The position numbers were made by a program, and so were the translations under genes. 64,000 nucleotides of DNA from positions 66,650,001 through 66,714,000 of the forward strand of contig NC_043010.1 of NCBI RefSeq assembly GCF_006345805.1. Reading direction: 5' to 3'. Under the pieces are notes generated by a model that saw nothing but the letters and a program-made list of their open reading frames with translations, made no database searches and had not been told where the DNA came from. This document shows positions 60,169 to 64,000 of this stretch, one piece after another; positions within the stretch are counted from its first letter, which is position 1, and each line of letters opens with the position of its first letter. This DNA is from Octopus sinensis (Eukaryota).

Positions 60169-63100
60169 CTAAAAGAAGTGACATTAAACTGTGCAGTAGT
60201 TTACAAAATGTAGACAGATAAAACTCATAGCAAACGGATCATCTCTCTCTGCTTTTAGAGACTGTCTTTTACGTCCTACAGGAATATATATCATGGCATG
60301 AGGTAGGTTTAGTTTTTGTCATTCTGTTTTGTTCCATTTCTTATTGTGTCTGATAAGAAAGGACATTGTCCACACGCTCCTTGCCCACCACACACATACA
60401 TATCATAAACACATAACTGAAGGGTGGGGGGGTTTTGAGAGGTGGGGGTTTCATATGCGTTGATTTTATTTCCTGTCAACTGTGGATGGTGGACAACAAG
60501 TGGATTTAAAACCTTCCTTCACTGTAAACTCCCACTGATTTCTCTGAAGGAATTTGGCCTACAAGGGCATTGCATTTTGTGGGGTAGTTACTTTGAATTA
60601 CTCAATGCAGCAGCAGAGTGCGCCACCACCACCCCACACACACACACACATACCCCTGCCACAGCTCTTGTCTTTAGAAAGCAGGCCTCATGGTAAGGCA
60701 TATGTGTTTTGAATTTAAATTTGAAATCTCAAGATAGCATGCTTGCCATTGTAGTTAGGATGACCCTCTCCTGTTTCTATGCACCGTTGTGTTTCCTGTG
60801 AGCAGATGTGTTTTTGTGGAGGGGGTCAGAAGTGGTGGACACTGCTAATATGACAGCAATACTTGTTTGTGTTAGTGGCATGGTGTCAAAACAGGGCGAA
60901 ACACACACAAACACACACACATTCATATACACATGCATTTATACATGCGTGCGTATGTGAGTGTAAATGGATGTCACCATTGAACGTGTGGTGTCCTTTT
61001 CCTGTTCTCTGTGAAAATATGTCCAGTCATGAAGAAATATTAGCTAGCTGGAAAACAAGTAAGGGTTGGTGTCAGGAAGAGCACCAAACGATACAAAATC
61101 TGCTTTTGTGAATTCTGTCTGGTTTATGCTACCATAGAAAAGTGGGTGTTAAAAATGATATTGATGAAACGAGTTACAGCTGAAACAGTGATCAAAGGAT
61201 TCAGAAGTTTGGTGTTGTGACGCATGAGTGATTAAACTAAATGTATGTTTCTAAGTCTTTGATGATGGATTTTAAGGGTCATAATTGCACTCTGGTTTTA
61301 GGGTCTTAATATTACTATTTCGTCTGTCATTACGTTCTGAGTTCAAATTCTGCTGAGGTCAGCTTTGCCTTTCATCCTTTCGGGGTCGATAAATTAAGTA
61401 ACAGTTGCGTACTGGGGTCGATCTAATCAACTGGCACCTCCTCAAAAATTTTGAGCCTTGTGCGCAGAGTAGAAATGGATATTACTCTCTCAGGGTTAGA
61501 CCCCTGGATGCCTTGGGTAGTCTAGGGCAGTGAGTTGGTAGAAACTAAAAATATGTTGCTAAGTCTTTGATAATTTTTAGGGGTCATGATTGAGCTCTAG
61601 CTTTTGGGTCTTAATATTAATCTCTTTTAAGGCGGCGAGCTGGCAGAAACGTTAGCACATCGGGTGAAATGCTTAGTGGTATTTTGTCTGTCTTTACATT
61701 CTGAGTTCAAATTCCGCCGAGGTTGACTTTGTCTTTCATCCTTTCGGGGTCGATAAATTAAGTACCAGTTACGCACTGGGGTCAATGCAATCGACTTAAT
61801 CCGTTTGTCCTTGTTTGTCCCCTCTGTGTTTAGCCCCTTGTGGGTAGTAAAGAAATAGGTATTTCATCTGTCTTTATGTTCTGAGTTCAAATTCCACCGA
61901 GGTCGACTTTGACTTTCATCCTTTAGTGGGGTCGATAAATTAAGTACCAGTTGCATACTGAGGTCGATCTAATCGACTAGCCCCCTCCCCCCAAATTTCG
62001 GGCCTTGTGCCTAGAATAGAAAATAATATTAATCTCTTGAGGTGGCGAGCTGCCAGAATCATTAGCATGCTAGGCAAAATACTTAGCAGCACTTTGTCTG
62101 TCTTTGCAGTCTGAGTTCAAATTCTTCCCAAATCGACTTTGCCTTTCATCCTTTCAGAGTGAATAAAATACATTCCACTTGAGCAATGTAATCGACTTAC
62201 CCCCTCCCCTGAAATTGCTGGTTTTGTGCCAAAACTTGAAACCAATATCAATCCCTTGAGGTAGGACAGCCTGGCTGTCTCAGGGGATTTAAGGCAGTGT
62301 AATAGCAAATCTGTTAACACATTCTTCTGGATGCTTTGCAGTAATTTTCTTCTGGCTTTTTGTATTCTGTATTTAAATCTTGCCATGGCCACCTAGGGTT
62401 GTAGAATTAATCATCATCCTGTTTAACACCACTCTCTGGTTCCTTGAGTAACATCAGTGAACCTGACTTTGTTGTTATCATTAACCCTTTCATTACCAAC
62501 CCGACTGAAACTACCTCTGGCTCTGTAGTACAAATGTCTTGTTTTCATAAGTTTTGAATTAAAATCTTTCACCAAACCTTAATCACAATTTATGTTCCTA
62601 ACACTAGCTGAATGATAACTAAGTTATTTTACTACATTCTTTGTTATATTTAAAATTAATTAAAAGAAACACAGAGCATCTCAAAATAAATACAGTAACA
62701 AAAGGCTTAAAATAGAGAAACAATTCTTAACCCTTTTGATACCAACCCAGCTGAAACTGTCTCTGGTTCTGTAGTACAAATGTCTTGTCTTCTTCACCGA
62801 CTGGATGCCAGTTAGATGATTGAGTTAGAATTGTGGTCATGGAATGTGGTGAACGAGAATTTGGAGCTGAAGATCATTAGGTCGAAGATTTATGCTTATT
62901 CTTTTTACTTATTGCACTGCCTTAAAGGGTTTTAGTCAAACAAATTGACCCCAGGACTTATTCGTTGTAAGCCTAGTACTTATTCTATCAGTCTCTTTTG
63001 CCAAACTGCTAAGTTACATGGATGTAAACACACCAACATTGATTGTCAGATGATGGTGAGGAGACACACATACATATATATTACAGTCTCAGAGTGGTTG

Positions 63101-64000
63101 GCGCTAGGAAGGGCATCAAGCTGTAAAAACTCTGCCAGATCAGATAGGAGTTTCGTGCAGCCATCTGGTTCGCCAGTCCTCAGTCAAATCATCCAACCCA
63201 TGCTAGCATGGAAAGCAGACATTAAACGATGATGATGATGATGATGATATATATATATATATATATATATATACGATGGGCTTCTTTCAGTTTCTATCTA
63301 CCAAATACACTCACAAGATTTTGGTTGGCCTGAGGCTGTAGTAGAAGACACTTGCCCGAGGTGCCATGCAGAGGGCTGAATCCAGAACCATATCGTTAGG
63401 AAGAAAGCTTCTTATCACACAGCCACTCCTCAAATACTAGGGTTGATTTTCTAAACTAAAAGCCCTTCAGAGCAATACCCCAGCATGGACATAGTCCAAT
63501 GATTGAAACAAGTAAAAGACTAAAAAGGTTGTCATTTTGATTTGGCCTAATCAGAGCTATTGTAGTTCCGTTATAGGCCCCTCTCTACAAGGTCCCTTAC
63601 ACATTCAACTACAGCGTAAATAAATTAGTATTAGGCCCCTAGACCTGTGAAGTACCTAGTGTATCTATGCTTTAAGACAGTGCTGGTCATAACAAATTGG
63701 CATATTATCCTTCTGATCCTAACCCTATCTTAAAGATCAATGATTTATATCCTATCAGTAGAGCTATCTTAAAATGTAATTTTATTTTGAATGGTCCAGT
63801 CTACTTGGCTGTAAAGAGATACTCAGGTGAAGTACAGTTCGTAGCTGTTAGCGCACCAATTACCACATAACTAACAAGTATCTTTTATTAGCTGGCAATG
63901 CTGAGTTTAACCATTTTGATGCCAATCTGCTTGAAACCACCTCTAGTTCTCAGACACAAACTTTTTGTATTTAAGTAACCTAAATTCAAATCTTCCTCCA

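Larger units (their letters stand above)
52860..60300. promoter_or_regulatory. CpG-rich, relatively TE-poor block (possible CpG-island-like promoter or UTR region of an unidentified gene)
   Basis: CG dinucleotides are visibly more frequent than in the SLF2 introns or beyond 60.3 kb (not counted); CCAAT at about 58997; GA/CA repeats. Confidence 0.4.

Noticed and set aside
63500-64000. Unique-looking sequence with a ~60-codon open stretch
   Set aside because: No start, splice context or recognisable motif; truncated by the window end

Overview
AT-rich, repeat-dense animal genomic DNA. The tRNA-derived and RTE-tail SINE families and the (AT)n/(AC)n/(ATC)n microsatellites suggest a cephalopod, probably Octopus (inference). 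1) 528-18489 (+): the last 12 coding exons of an SLF2/FAM178 (SMC5/6 localisation factor 2, Nse6-like) gene, assembled by hand with consistent GT-AG splice phases into about 490 aa. It ends in a tail carrying a DAXX-like SUMO-interacting motif (EEIVLSDSD). 2) About 20.2-44.9 kb: a gene-free field of transposon remnants, almost all on the minus strand. It holds pogo, RTE, CR1-like, MULE, mariner and Penelope-like (PLE) pieces plus one plus-strand Gypsy integrase piece. Its core (31-42 kb) is a co-oriented mosaic of three PLE RT/GIY-YIG copies, six diverged LINE-ORF1-like fragments, an APE fragment, a ~26-copy 102-bp array and a ~1.68-kb tandem unit. 3) 46-52 kb: palindromic elements with minimal hammerhead-ribozyme-like motifs, and a non-autonomous Helitron. 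4) About 53-60.7 kb: a CpG-rich, TE-poor, low-complexity block that probably belongs to an unidentified gene. All calls come from reading the sequence by eye; no searches were run.
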